Part shown: positions 1 to 13,331 of the stretch, in pieces
How the letters are laid out: each line of letters starts with the position of its first letter
How positions within the stretch are numbered: position 1 is the first letter of the stretch
Assembly (NCBI RefSeq): GCF_036321535.1
Contig: NC_087437.1
Span: 88,228,001-88,292,000 of the forward strand
Reading direction: 5' to 3'
DNA length: 64,000 nt
From: Camelus dromedarius
Taxonomy: Eukaryota
The notes under the pieces: generated by a model
Seen by the model: the letters and a program-made list of their open reading frames with translations, nothing else
The model's database searches: none
What the model was told of the DNA's origin: nothing
Made by a program: the position numbers and the translations under genes

Positions 1-330
1 ATTAGCTGTACAAATAAGTAGATGTGACATCTTTGTAGACGGAGAGAGAGAGAGAGAGAGATGTAGATCTGACCTACAAAGGAAGATGCGGCAGAGCCAC
101 TGAGATCTAAGTCTAGAGGTCATGGGGAATTCAGGGCTGGGACTATAAATGTGGAAAACCGTGTATGTAAAATTTTTCTAAGCCATGGGAACAACTGAAA
201 CAACTTGTATGTGTATAAAGAAAGGAGAAGGGCTGAAAAGAGACTCCTAGAGTATTCCAACATCTAGAAGTCCTGAAAAGGATGAGCAGCAAGGTAGACC
301 GTGTGTGGACAAAAGAGCCTTGAATCAGAA
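1..330 (-). mobile_element. Degraded LINE-2 fragment
   Basis: Purine-rich motifs typical of antisense L2 (tcagggctgggactataaatgtgg; catctagaagtcctgaaaaggatgagcagc). Recognised by eye. Confidence 0.5.
42..61. repeat. (GA)n microsatellite
   Basis: About 10 uninterrupted GA units. Confidence 0.95.
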
Positions 331-769
331 CACCTCTGATCACTACATCACTTCTCTCTAACTCAAACTGGCAACCCACTACAGCTCATAAACTGTTTTG
401 ATATTCTCTATCATAACTGAGACTCAATGCACTGGGAAAATAAAAATCTGTTACAAAAAATATGATAAGGAATGGGGACCACTGGGATTTCTAAATCCAG
501 AATTACAAATTAGTATATACTTAAAAATATTTTTTCACAGATGGTAACATTTTGGCTTTCCGTTTAACAAAAAAATAATTATTTTATTAAACAGGTACTT
601 CTAGTTGTGGTATCATAGCTTACATAGTACAGTATGTCATGCTGTCTCCTCAAAAATATTAAAATTCATATATGTGGCAACACAATTATCATAGTTGCAT
701 TAATCTTTTAAATAATTTCTATAAAACTTGAAATTTTATAAAACATTCTTTGATTAACTCAGATAACTG

Positions 770-925
770 TGTAAGGTTTGGAAAGTAAATATTATTAACA
801 CCGTTTTGCTAGTAAGCTTACTGGCATTCAGAGAGGTTGACTAATTTGAATAATGTCATCCAGCTAGGAGAGCTAGAAGATATACGACCTGAACAGGGAT
901 CTTATAACTCTTAATCCATCACCTT
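770..925 (-). mobile_element. MIR SINE fragment
   Basis: MIR core-like sequence (attaacaccgttttg...cagagaggttgactaatttg...catccagctag). Confidence 0.55.
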
Positions 926-3900
926 TCCAAGATCATCGTTTATTATACAGTTTGATTTCTTATTTACACTTAGAATCAGAGGCATGCAAGTTAGTTGTGC
1001 AGGTTGTGCACTGTATGGGTACGCTATGATCAGTCCCTTCACACCAGGCAGTAAATAGTGGCTGTGATTAAAATAATATTTGACTTTGACTATTACTTAA
1101 AATAACCTCAGAAACATTGTGAGATAAGAGCTAAAACCAATTTGTTACTCTATCAGGGATAATTATCATTTTTCCAAACAAGAAAAAAAAAACTGGATTT
1201 TTCAAATGATGATGATAAAGATTGTTAAAGCTAAAATTCTGCAGGTTTTCTTTCTGATATGATATTTTATGTCTATTTTTCATTTTCTAGAAATACTTCT
1301 CTTAATTCACTGTGTCCTTGCTTCATGTTCACTCCCTTAAATGCTCCCCTACCAGAGTTCTACGTGTCTGTCCTGTCTTCTCCCTGCAGGTCCTGGGGCC
1401 TGTCCTTCCTTTCACCTTTAAGCATTACTGGCCACTGGTGAACCAATTAATCAGTGCTGGTGGCCTTTCTTAGAAACAGTGCCCATACTGACTTTCATCC
1501 CCTACGGTGTCACTTCTGCTTTAGTTCCCTGATTTACCACATTGTTTTTCCATTTTCTCCCTAATTCTCAACTTATTTTTCTTCATCATTTAAATCTGAG
1601 AATGCTCACCATATTGTGATAGATTCAATTATTGGTTTTCATCACCACTCTGCCTCCTTATGCTCCTGCTCTTGTGAGAAGTTAGTGAAAGGTTCACAGT
1701 CAGTTTAATCTCACCCTCTCTTCCTAGTCCCTCTTTTAAAAAAAGAGAATGAAACAAACTATATCTCTTTATTCTTCCAAAATTTTTCCAGCGACAATAA
1801 ACCCTGGCCCTGATGTACTGATACAACCATAGTACCACCTTCCCCTTCCCTACCAACAGCCACTTTTTAAAGTGAAACATCAGGTTTACAAATCAAAGAA
1901 AATAAAAAGGCTTGTGTGTATGTACGTGTGTGTATAGATAAACTATAATAACTGCATTATGTGTGTGTGCGTAGATAAACTGTAAGTGCATTATGAAATG
2001 CATCCTGAATGAAGATATTTAGCAAGCTCTTTTTGTAACTAACATTTATCAGTATCTACTAGACATCTGATTAGAGAATCAATTAGAGGACTGGAAGTAA
2101 ATTTAAATGCTACACTTGGGACAGTGGTTTCATTGACCTGCTCCTCATGACATTATCTACTCTACACAGGGGAGCAGGACTAGCATTACCAATAACTGAA
2201 AAGCAATCATGAATAATTTAGGATTTGAGGATTATGAGAAGATTATTTCTAGCAGATGTGGGAGGTCAAGCTGCTAACATTTTAATAGAGAATAAGCAAA
2301 TGTCATACTACATTCCATACTTTGTGGAATTAAGGGTGGAATACCATAGGATTCTACGTAGGCTGGGTTCAATTTTTCATGAAAAAAAAAAAGGAACTCA
2401 TAACATTGGTCTTTCCCAGTTCACAGAGTTCATAAGAGGATCAAAAGAGACAATATACTTGGAAAAACACTGAAAAATATGAAGGTTATATAAATGTAAC
2501 TTATTATGAGTTCCTGTAATTCTTTACATTGGCTTTCAAGAAAATAACACAATGCAGAAAACATATGGACCTAAAATACAAATAATGTTTTTCATAGAAT
2601 TTAATCTAAACAATCTCTGTGCACCCAAAACATATACCATTCATTGTTTAGTATCTTTAGGGGAGAATAAAATGTTGACTAAAGTACTATTGGTATGAAA
2701 TGCCAAATAATACCAAGTGATTGGTCTACTCATTGACAATTCTATTATTACTTGTCTAAACCAGTTAGTTAGGAAATCAATGGACATTACCTTCATTTGA
2801 AAAATAATTGGATTATTTGACATGTTTAGGGGTGCTAACACTGACATTTTATTTAGTCATATTTAGTATCATTTGAGATACAATTAAAATTTGATTTACC
2901 TGTTGATATTCAAATGGTCATGCAAAACTTCATAAAACATAATTAGGGTAATAACTACTACTGCTGGGGTTAAATCTGCAAATCTTAGCCACCTAATTTT
3001 AGGCTTATTCCTTTCCCTTTAAGACAGAAAACTAGTAATATGAACAGTAACACATTTATGAGATTGATTTTAACCAAGTGTACCAGTTTTAACCCTCAAA
3101 TTTATTACCTATAATTTATCTTCTGAATTTAAAGAATATAAAAATATGATCACTCATTTTATGAAATACTATTCAGTAATGATTCTAAAACAACACATTA
3201 GTATATTTCCAAATATCTAATTGTGTCTTTGATGACATGTAACCATCCCATTGCATATTTCTCAGCATCTTGGGGATGGAAGTATGCAGCACATCCCATT
3301 CTCTGTATATGAGCATAAATCATGTTAAAATGGTTCATAATTCTAGGAAACTAGTGTTACTGAGATCTTTACTCATGCCTATTTCTTTTACATTTGTCTT
3401 CCAGATTTTAGGATTTAGACTTGCTCATTATTACTACTTTTCAAAGTTGAGTTCAAGTATTTGTACTGCTTAAAAAAGAAATTTAAACATGCATATAAAA
3501 ATGTAAAAAAGCAAAATATTAAAATTAAAAATTACAACTATGTGTCAGTGCAATATCCTTGAAAACAGAGTTAATATGTTTAAGAGTTAAATTGTTCACA
3601 TTCAATGTTTAATTTTTTCCTCATTGTACTAAAATCTGTAATTTGTCAACAGTAAGCATAGATTTTCATTGAAATATTGATTAATATTGAATCTCATTTT
3701 GGGGAATTTATAAAATATTAAAACATTTTGCTTCATATTAGTTAATATTCTTTTATTATCTTATACACACCAAAACTATATCTGATATGTTGGCATGATG
3801 GAGATACTAGTCAACTATATAGGTTTTTTATTAATAAAGTAATTCATATTTCCCAATTTTATTTCTTTATGTAACTTACCAAATCCCAGCATGAATATAA

Positions 3901-4632
3901 ACGTGGAAAACAAAGCATAAGATATTTTGAAAAGGAGTAGCATTACAATGATGATGTCAAAGAAAAAAATGGCAAGAGAAGAATTAATAATAGGGAGTCT
4001 AAACTAACAAGAGGTAATTTGTTAAAGTTCTCTTAGCATTCTTCCATCAATTTAGAAGGCTAAAACTCAAAAACTAGATGAAAAATAAAACTACCCTATT
4101 AAAATAATTCCAAAGATAAAACAACTGACATAAATACATAAAAATATTCAAGAGTGAAGAAAAAAATCTTATTATCTTATGCCAACAGGATTAGCAATTA
4201 AAATACTTATATGTGGGTCAGGTTATGAGAAAATAAATACAATCATACAAATTAACAGTGACAACTCGTAAAATTCTTTTAAAAAGAAACTTGGCAGAAG
4301 CAACATACCCCTGAAACGTTCATATCCCTTGACTAGTAATCCTACTGCTGGCTATTTATCATGCAGAAATAATTTAAATAAAGTAAAATAGTACGCACAT
4401 GAGACAATTCATCGAATTGTTTGTAACAGTGAAAAACTGGAAGAAAACTCTCTCTGTTGTTCTAATGTAACAGGACGTTAAAGTTTTTTCCCTGTATCTT
4501 GGAATTTCAGGCCAAAGCTGAAGACAGAAGGCAACAAGAACCACATAGTAAGTTTATAGATTTATCAAAGGGGTCTAGCTTCGAGGCTAGACAAATTCCT
4601 ACAGAACTTACAGAGATCCCAAAGTTACCCTG

Positions 4633-4975
4633 CACTACAGAGTGAATGTTTATGTCCTCTCAAAATTCACTATGTTGAAACCTAACCCCCAGTATGATGG
4701 TATCTGGAGGTGGAGCTTTGGTGGGGGTGGGGCTTGGGGAGGTTCCACCCTCATGAATGGGATCAATGCCTTTATAAAAGAGGTCCCAAAGAGATCCCTC
4801 CTCCCTTCTGCTCTGTGAGGACACAACTAGAAGCCCACTGATGGACCAAGATGTGGCTCTCACCAGAAATCGAATCTGTCAGCACTTTTGACTTCCCAGC
4901 CTCCAGACTTGTGAGAAATAAATGTCTCACACCCAGCCCATAGTATTTTGTTATAGAATCCTGAACTAACAAACA
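4633..4975 (+). mobile_element. MaLR solo LTR, MLT1A-like
   Basis: Typical MLT1A motifs: gaatgtttatgtcctctcaaaattc, ccctcatgaatgggatcaatgcctttataaaaga, gacttcccagcctccagacttgtgagaaataaatgt, tagtattttgttatag...aaca. Confidence 0.85.
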
Positions 4976-4999
4976 CCTCTTTATACTCTCCCCTCACAC

Positions 5000-5092
5000 C
5001 TGGGTCTAGGGTGAGGTAAGTGAGGTTCCTAGCGTGCAGAATTTAAGGAGGTACTTGTACAGCCCTGAGAGTAAATGCCTCCTTATCTAGGC
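5000..5092. mobile_element. MER96-like hAT MITE fragment
   Basis: ctagggtgaggtaagtgagg...aatttaaggagg...ccctgagagtaaatgcctcctta resembles the palindromic hAT-Tip100 MITE MER96 (from recall). Confidence 0.55.
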
Positions 5093-6513
5093 TTCTTTCC
5101 CACTGGATATAAGTTTAGTCTTTAGATGATATGTCTGTGAGATACATAAACAGGGGACTTCATAGCTAGAGAGCGGTAGGGATAGGAGGGTAGGGAATGG
5201 GGGTGGGAGCTGAAAGAGGTATGCGGCGGAAGAACCTACAAGCCCACTCTTTGGCACGACAGGGTTGCTCGTATCCTGTGGATCAAGTGGAGGCCTGGAC
5301 CACATTTAGGTCTCAGCCATCGTCTCCCACCTTTCCTCTTGCTCCCCAGATTGTCTTGCTCCTGGAGCTGCCATACTCCATGAACAGTCTTCGTGGTGGG
5401 GAACTGGCAGGATGGTTCAAATACAAGTATCATCTAGATTTTCCCTTGACACGTAGGAAATATGCAACCTTGCTGTGCTAAACAGTGGGTTTGACTCTTC
5501 ACTGTCACCCTTCCACCAGCCTTGTACGTAGATTATTTTTAAAGTTCCTATCACAAACTCGGTCTCCCTGACAACTGGCATCAATATTGTCAATACTGGA
5601 AAAAAAATCTGAAGATTTCTGCGTTATATATTTAGTACAGCTATACTAAATATATTTACATATTTACAGATTTTCTGATTGAGAGCTCTTCAAACATGAA
5701 GCAAATAAATATGTGCAGAATTCCCAGAATTACACTGCATTTGTATAATTCTTTAGAGCAACCAAGAATAAATCACAAGAACTCTTGTTTTCCTTCCTGA
5801 TAATGGTGCCTCTTTGAGATCCTACAAAAGTACAGTGACACTTCTGAAGGTTATCAGATAGTTTCCACAGAATTTGCATTTGTCAATTCCATTTCAGACA
5901 AAGAATATCTTTCTACTAACTCTCCTAAATTTGACAGAGCTGCACTTTATATGGCATGGCTTCATCAGCGAGAGGAACAGTAGTACCAAGGCGGCATCTG
6001 ATAAACCAATCAATATATGGTGAAAATGTTGACATATATTTAAAACACCTCAGTAATCTTACCACTTGTCTTTAACTTTTTAAATTTAAACTTCCTTTAT
6101 GTCAGTTGGAGTAAAGGCATCTGAAAGATTGCCAGAAGCAGAGGTCAAATCACATTCCAGCTGTGCATCTCATTTGTAAAATTTAGCAGTTTGCAGGATT
6201 CCAAGAGCATTGCTTAGTTCATATACAGAACAATAATAAAAGGCCAGAGCTCTGAGCAATTCAACAAGTGTAGCATTCTCAACTGGTACAGTTTCAGGGA
6301 CTTGTAAATAATGTTTTGCTAGCTAAAATGCTACCATTCATTCTCTGTAGGAATTTTGCAAGGAGGCTGGTAAGGACCACTGCCTGATTTTCTCATTGAG
6401 TGTCAGTGTTTTATTACTTTCCAAAACCTGTTTATAACCATTCATGAAAACACTATCACTAGCAAAGATGTTCTTTAATTGACTATTTGTGTATAATGGT
6501 GCATTATGTATTA

Positions 6514-6774
6514 TAGTTGACCCCTGAACAACATGGGTTTAAACTGCACATGTCCAATTACATGTGGATTTTTTTCAATAGTAATATTGAATTTGAATTA
6601 CAATTCCACAAAATTCACAGTTTGTTGAATCCACAAAGACAGTACTGTGGATACAAAGGAATCATGGAAATGGAAGAACCTTGCATATGGAAGACTGCCT
6701 ATTAGTTATACATAGATTTCTCACTGAGCAGAAGGTTGATGCCACTAACCCCCATGTTGTTCAAGGGTCAGCGG
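6514..6774. mobile_element. Tigger2-derived MITE (MER8/Tigger2a-like)
   Basis: Terminal inverted repeats tagttgacccctgaacaacatgggttt ... aacccccatgttgttcaagggtcagcgg, with TA on both flanks. Confidence 0.85.
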
Positions 6775-7269
6775 TATACAGAGATGCACTTCTCAACTTT
6801 CAGGATCTTAAAATCTAAGAGAACAATAATAATAGAGAAGACCAAGACATTTCAAAAAGCTATGTTAAATGAAGTTAATACCTCCCCCTTGCAGAATTCA
6901 ATTGTGGGGTTACTAAATCGGCAAGGCTGATACTTTTTCTACACATTGGGAAATGTAATAGTTAGTACGGATAAGAAATTGGGTAGCATTTAATTTCATT
7001 TGTGTGTGTGTGTGCGTGTGCGTGCACCTGCATGCATGTGTTTATGTGGAATCATAACATTCAAATTGATCTAATTTGTGCACAAAATACTTTATATTTA
7101 TAAAATATTTCTGTAATTAATTTTCTTTTTTGATACCAAACAATTGTGAGATTTTAAGGAGGCCAAGAATTATTATAACTTTTTTGCAAGTAAACAGAGA
7201 CACAAAGATTGTTTAGAGACTTGACCAAGATACTATTAATAAGAAGCCCAGAAATTATTAGTTCATTAA

Positions 7270-7825
7270 ACTTTCTTTCACTCATCAAATACACATTTGT
7301 TGATTTTTTAAATCAACTAGTCACTAGGGTACACAATGATTAAAGACATGTTCCTTGCCCTTCAGAAGCTCATGGCATAGTGAAGGTAGGGGAGGTATTT
7401 TTATATGTAAACTACACATAAATGTAACAAGCTCAACTATAAATACAAATACGAGTCATGAGAGGCCAGTAAATTGAATAATAACTTCTAGAGAGACTCT
7501 ACAAGGAATTGCTGAGAATGTGACTAAGTGGTTCTCCACTGAGAAATTCAGAATGTTGAGTTAACTTGGTTTACAGATAAAGTTGAAAATGAAGAGAAAG
7601 GTCAGATTGTGAAGAATTTTTTACACCAGGTTAAAGGTACTGGATTTTATCACTCTTCCACTCCACTGCTTTTGCCACATCCTATTAACCCCCAAGTACC
7701 ACCAAAAAAATCAAGCAGATTAACAAATTATGTACAATATAGAAAGGCTAGTTAAAAGTCAGGAAAATCAGGACAGTGTTGCTGTAGAAACTATTTAAAG
7801 ATAGAGTTTTAAGAAGTAGTTTCTG
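7270..7825 (-). mobile_element. LINE-2 fragment (interrupted by L1; resumes ~11225-11340)
   Basis: Antisense L2 3'-end motifs (cactcatcaaatacacatttgttg, agacatgttccttgcccttcagaagctca). L2-like sequence resumes after the L1. Confidence 0.55.
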
Positions 7826-7829
7826 AAGA

Positions 7830-10645
7830 CAAAACTGTTAAGAATAACTAGAACCACAAAAATTTGCAAATAGATAAAAACATAAAAAGAAGTAAATTTT
7901 GACATTAATAACAGAAAGTGGGAACCTGGAAAGAAAATGTACAGTTTTTGTATCTGATTGAAGTTAGGTTATCAGCTTATAACAGACTGCTATAACTGTA
8001 AGAAGTTTTGTGCAAGCCTCATGGTAACCATAAAGAAAAAACCTTCAGTAAAGAGAAAAATGATAAAGAGAAGAGAGTCAAGGTACATTATTATGAAAAA
8101 CTCCATCAAACCATAAAGGAAGACAGCAAGAAAGGAACAAAAGAATTACAAAAATAGAAAAAAAATTTAAATGGCAATAGTAAGTCCTTCCCTATCAATA
8201 ATTAATTTAAATGTAAATCACTTAAACTCACCAGTACAAAATATAATGGTTGAATGGATTAAAAAACAATTTCCAACTATCTGTTGTCTATAAGAGACTC
8301 ATTTTAGATACACATAGGGTAAAAGTAAAAGGATACAAAAAGATAATCCATTCAAATGGTAACCAAAAGAGAGTAGAGGTGGCTATACTTAAATTAGATA
8401 AAACAGACTCTAAGTCAAAAACTGTCTAGAGACAAAATGTCTAGAGACATTGTCATAAAAGGGTCAATTCACCAGGAAAATACAATGATTACAAATATAT
8501 ATGTATCCAATACTTGAACATCTAATACATAAACTGACAGATCTGATGGGAGAAATAAGCAACAATACAGTATAGTAGGGGACATCAATATCCTACTATT
8601 AATAACGGTTAGATCATCTAGACAGAAAATCAATCAGGAAATAGCAGACTTGAACAACACTATAGAATAAATGGGCCTAACAGACATATACAGAATGTTT
8701 CACCCAACAGCAGCAAATACACATTCTTCTCAAGTGCACACAAAACACTCTCTAGGACAGATCACATACCAGGTCACAAAACAAATTAAACAAATGTAAG
8801 AAGACTGAAATCATTCCAACTATCTTTTCCAACCATAATAGAAAAAAATTAGAATAACAAAAGGAAAATGAGAAAACACACAAATACATGGAAATTAAAC
8901 AACACACTCTTGAACAACCACTGGGTCAAAGAATAAATCAAAAGATAAATTAGAAACTATCTTGCAGCAAACAAAAACAAAAACACAACATACCAAATCT
9001 TGTGGAATAGCAAAGCAGTACAAAGAGGGAATTTTATAGTGTTAAAAGCCTACATTAAAAAATAAAGATCTCAAATAAATAATCTAACTTTACACTTCAA
9101 GAAACTAAAAAAGAATAAACTAGGCTAAAAATTAGCAGAAGGAAAGAAATAATAAAGATTATCACAGAAATAAATTAAATAGAGAATAAAAAAGAGGGGA
9201 AAAAATCAATGAAACTCAAAGTTAGTTTTTTGAAAAGCTCAGTAAAATTGACAAACCCTTAGCTAGACTAACCAAGAAAGAAGACTCAAACAAAATCAGG
9301 AATGAAAGAAGAGACATTACAATGAAGCCACAGAAGCTTTTAAAAATCGTAAGAGACTATTATAAATAATTATATACCAACAAATTGAAGGTGTAGAAGA
9401 AATGGATAAATTTCTATAAACACACAATTGACTAAGACTGCATCAGGAAGAAATAGAAACCATGAATATATTAATAACAAATAAGGATATTGAATCAGAA
9501 ACAAAAAATCTCCTATCAAAGAAAAATGCCAGGACCAGATGCCCTCACAGGTGAATTCTATCAAACTTTTAAAAAATTAAGACCAATCTTTCTTAAACTC
9601 TTCCAAAAATAGAAAAGGGGACACTTCCAAACTTGTTTTATGAGGCCAGCATCTCCCTAATATCAAAGCCTGATAAAGACACAACAAGAAAAGAACAGCT
9701 CAATGTCTCTGATGAATATGAATGCAAAATTCTTCAACAAAATATTACCAAACTGAATTCAACAGTACATTACAATGATAACACACCAGGAAAAGCGGAG
9801 TTTTATCCCTGGGATGCAAGGGTGGTTCACCATATGAAAATCAATAAGTGTGATATATCACATTAACAGGAAGAAGGATAAAAAGTCACATAACCATTTC
9901 AACAGATGGAGAAAAAGCATGTGACAAAATCAATGTTTCATGATAAAAACTCTCAACAAATTAAGTATAGAAGGAACTTACCTTAATACAATAAAGGCTA
10001 TACATGAAAAACCCACAATTAAAAACATACTCAATGGTGAAAAACGGAAGGCTTCTCCTCCATGATATGAAACAAAACAAGGATACTCACTCTCACCACT
10101 TCAATCCAAAATAGATCTGAAGTCCTAGCCAGGGCAACCAGGCAAGAAAAACAAAGAAAAGGCATCCAATCAGAAAGGAAGAAGTAAAATTATCTGTTTC
10201 CAGATGACATAATCTGGATACGTAAAAATCCTTAAAGACTCCACCAAAAAAACCTGGTTAGAACTAAAAAATTAATTCCACCAACTTGCAGGATACAAAA
10301 TTAACACACAGAAAACACATATGTTTCTATACACACAATGTTCTATACAGAAAGGAAATCAATCAATTTTCGAGGATATGGAGAAAACAAAACCTTTGTC
10401 CACTTTGGGTAGGAATATAAATTGTTGCAGCCACTACGAAAAACAATATAAAGATTCCTCAAAATATTAAAAACAGAACTACCATATAATCCTGCAGTTG
10501 CATTCTTTAATCCAAGAGAATTAGAAACATGATCTTAAAAAGATATCTGCACGCTCATGTTCACTGCAGTATTATTCATAATAAGCAAGATAAAGAAACA
10601 ACCCAAATGTCTTATCAATCAACAGATGAATGGATAAAGAACATG

Positions 10646-10684
<39 letters not shown>

Positions 10685-11220
10685 AATACTATTATTCAGG
10701 TTTAAAAAGAAGGAAATCCTACTATCTGCAAAAACGTGGATGAACTTGAAGGCCATTATCTTAAGTGAAAAAAGCCAGTCACAAAAAGACAAATAATACG
10801 TGATCCCTTTTACATGAAGGATCTAAAATAGTCAAAGCCATAGAAGCAGTGAGGAGAGTGGTGAGTGCTAGAGTAGTCGGAGAAGTGAATGGGGGGTATA
10901 GTCAAAGGGTACAAAGTTTCAGTTGTGTGAGATGAATACATCCTAGAGATCTATTGTATAGAATAGTGCCTATATTTAATAACACTGCATTATATACTTT
11001 ATATTTTGCTAAGAGGGTAGATCTTATGTTCAGGATTCTTATTACAAAAAATAATAAATAAAGAGGACAAGAGAAAACTTCTGGAAGTGATGATATGTTT
11101 ATGGCACAGATTCATGGTTTCACAGACATAACACATTATTGTCAAACTTACCAAATTGTATATTTTAAATATGCACAGTTTTTGTATGTCAATCTTACCT
11201 CAGTAAAGTCGTTTTTAAAA
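7830..11220 (+). mobile_element. Old 5'-truncated LINE-1 (L1MB-like 3'UTR), internally deleted
   Basis: Inter-ORF region, then a degraded ORF2 endonuclease from ~8170, RT motifs (FYEASISLISKPDKDTTRKE, 9633), a jump at ~10345 to the ORF2 C-terminus, and a 3'UTR ending acctcagtaaagtcgtttttaaaa. Confidence 0.92.
10650..10682. repeat. (CA)n microsatellite within L1
   Basis: About 16 uninterrupted CA units. Confidence 0.95.
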
Positions 11221-12779
11221 ATGAGAAGAAGTTCCTGTAAACTGAAGCAAATGCTGGCAAGTGATAAGACAGGATGAGGGCTGAAGATTGTTTGTTTGGA
11301 TTTATCAATTTGGATGTCACTGGTGATCAGTATGAACAATTACAGGAGAATAGTATCTCCCTAGTCTCTCATCTAAGTCCTTTCTCTCAACTGCAGTCAT
11401 AGGTTTGTACATGTTGTTCTTTCCTTAATCACATTTTCTTGTTGCATTTCAAATTTCCTCAAGGCTCAGTTCTCTGCAAATGAAACTGAAAAATGAATTC
11501 AAACTAATGCACTGAATGAGAGTAGATGGGTTAACTTATTCCTCAGTGAAAACTTGGATAAAAAGCCTAAAATAATTACCTAGATAACTTTTGGTTTTTA
11601 TACCAGAAAGGGCAAAAGCACCTCCAATGATATGTTACAAAGACAGAAAGAGGTAAGTGAAATGCTAGGAGGCCATACTTGCTTTCATAAAGAAAAGCTA
11701 CTAAGACAGTATCACCTATATGAAGAATGACGTTTCTGCGTCTATAGTAATCAATAGTTTCTAATTATACTTTGAGTGTACAGTAAGTTATGGATTTTAA
11801 TTAGCAAGTATTAAAGAACTGTAGGAATTTACACTTTCTACCATGTTACCTCCCTGGACAAAAACTTTCAATGTCTTTCTGGTGATAAGCTGTACAACCT
11901 CAGTTCACCTATGTATTACTGGGCAGTAGTTTCCTCTCTACAACATGAGATGATGCTTTCTTTTTAGAATTGATCTGAGAATTAAATAGAAACATATAAA
12001 GTAGCTAATACAGCGTATGCATCTTCAAATATGTTAATTAAATAGGAAATAAAAAGCAAACTCATAGTGCCTTTTAATTTGGTACCAAGATACTTTTGTA
12101 ATGTATCTCCTGATCCTCCCTGTATTTATTTTTGGAATACATTAAGGTACTTATTTTTAATTTAAAAATTAATTTCTTAAATTTCTGGGTCAGCTTATTT
12201 TTTTCAGATTCATCCAAAATGTCTTAAATCTAATTACCATTTTAAGTGTCAGGCTTTTGAGTCTTCTCTATTTATTACACCCAGAGTTATTTTTTCCCAT
12301 GAATTCCCATGACATCTTATTTCTACTTTTTGCAGAATTGCATTTTTTTGTGGTAAGTACCTGAGCTGGCCCACTCAGTGACCCTTCCCCATTCCTTGTC
12401 TTCCTTCTTTCATCACAGGGGGAGGCTGCAAAATGATAACCCACAACATGGAGTCATGAAGATTATCTGTGTGCCACTGGCCCACAGCTTCTTCAAAGTT
12501 CCGTGCTCATTTTATTTTGACACTTCAAAGATGGAAAGGAAAACAAATGTAGGTAATTCTTCCCAAATTCTGCCTGTGGAATCTACATTTCTCAACAACC
12601 CTCCCACCTATCAAGAGCAATTTTCAGGTAGATAGAGGTATGTCAGCACTAGAGGCACAATCATGTCCTTACTAATTACATGACATCAATTCTGACCTCA
12701 TTTTACTAATTTCCAATGAATAAGGACAGAAAGAAGGAAATTAAGTAGTACAGAAGACGAAGCGAAATAATCATTATTT

Positions 12780-13010
12780 ATTATCCATTTATATACCAAC
12801 TACATTCTCACTTATTTTGTCTTTTAATCATCACAAGATGTCTGTGAAATAGCTTTCATTTTTTGGAAATTTACAGATGATTATATTGAGGCTTATACAA
12901 ATCAGGCAATTATGCTAAAATCACACAAGTGATGGTGCTAGGATTCAAACCTGTGAATCTGAGTTCATAATCCTATGGTTTCAGTCACTTTGAATTGTAC
13001 CACACTGCCT
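12780..13010 (-). mobile_element. MIR SINE
   Basis: tttaatcatcacaag...tttacagatgattatattgaggctt...ggtgctaggattcaaacc. Confidence 0.6.
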
Positions 13011-13121
13011 CATTCATCACTTTAAGTATAAATGTAAATACCACCAGGCACAAGACATTATTGTTACCAATTAGATCTTATATAGCCTGGTAACCATTTT
13101 TTAAATGTTACAAAAGTTATA

Positions 13122-13331
13122 CCAGTGCTATGCTGGAGGTTGCTCCCACTGGTCCATGAGAGCCCTTGGGCACACTTCTTCCCAATTCTGTGTTCAGTGA
13201 CTTCATGTCAGTAGTTTGAAACTGATCATGCCAGGAGTATTTACACTATGAAAATTGGCAAACTCTACAAATCTAGGCTCTTGCTCTCCCTCCTGCAGCT
13301 GGCTGTTAAACATTTACCAGAACACCACTAG
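13122..13331. mobile_element. MER63-like hAT (Blackjack) MITE
   Basis: Termini cagtgctatgctgg ... ttaccagaacaccacta, and internal gagtatttacactatgaaaattggcaaac. Confidence 0.75.

Noticed and set aside
1915..1996. ~35-bp imperfect tandem duplication containing (TG)n
   Set aside because: Ordinary slippage duplication with only two units and no spacers, so not an array.
11607..11652. Plus-strand mini-exon (taccag|...ag|gtaagt)
   Set aside because: Good splice signals but no recognisable peptide, and opposite to the inferred gene. Such pseudo-exons are common. An antisense lncRNA cannot be excluded.
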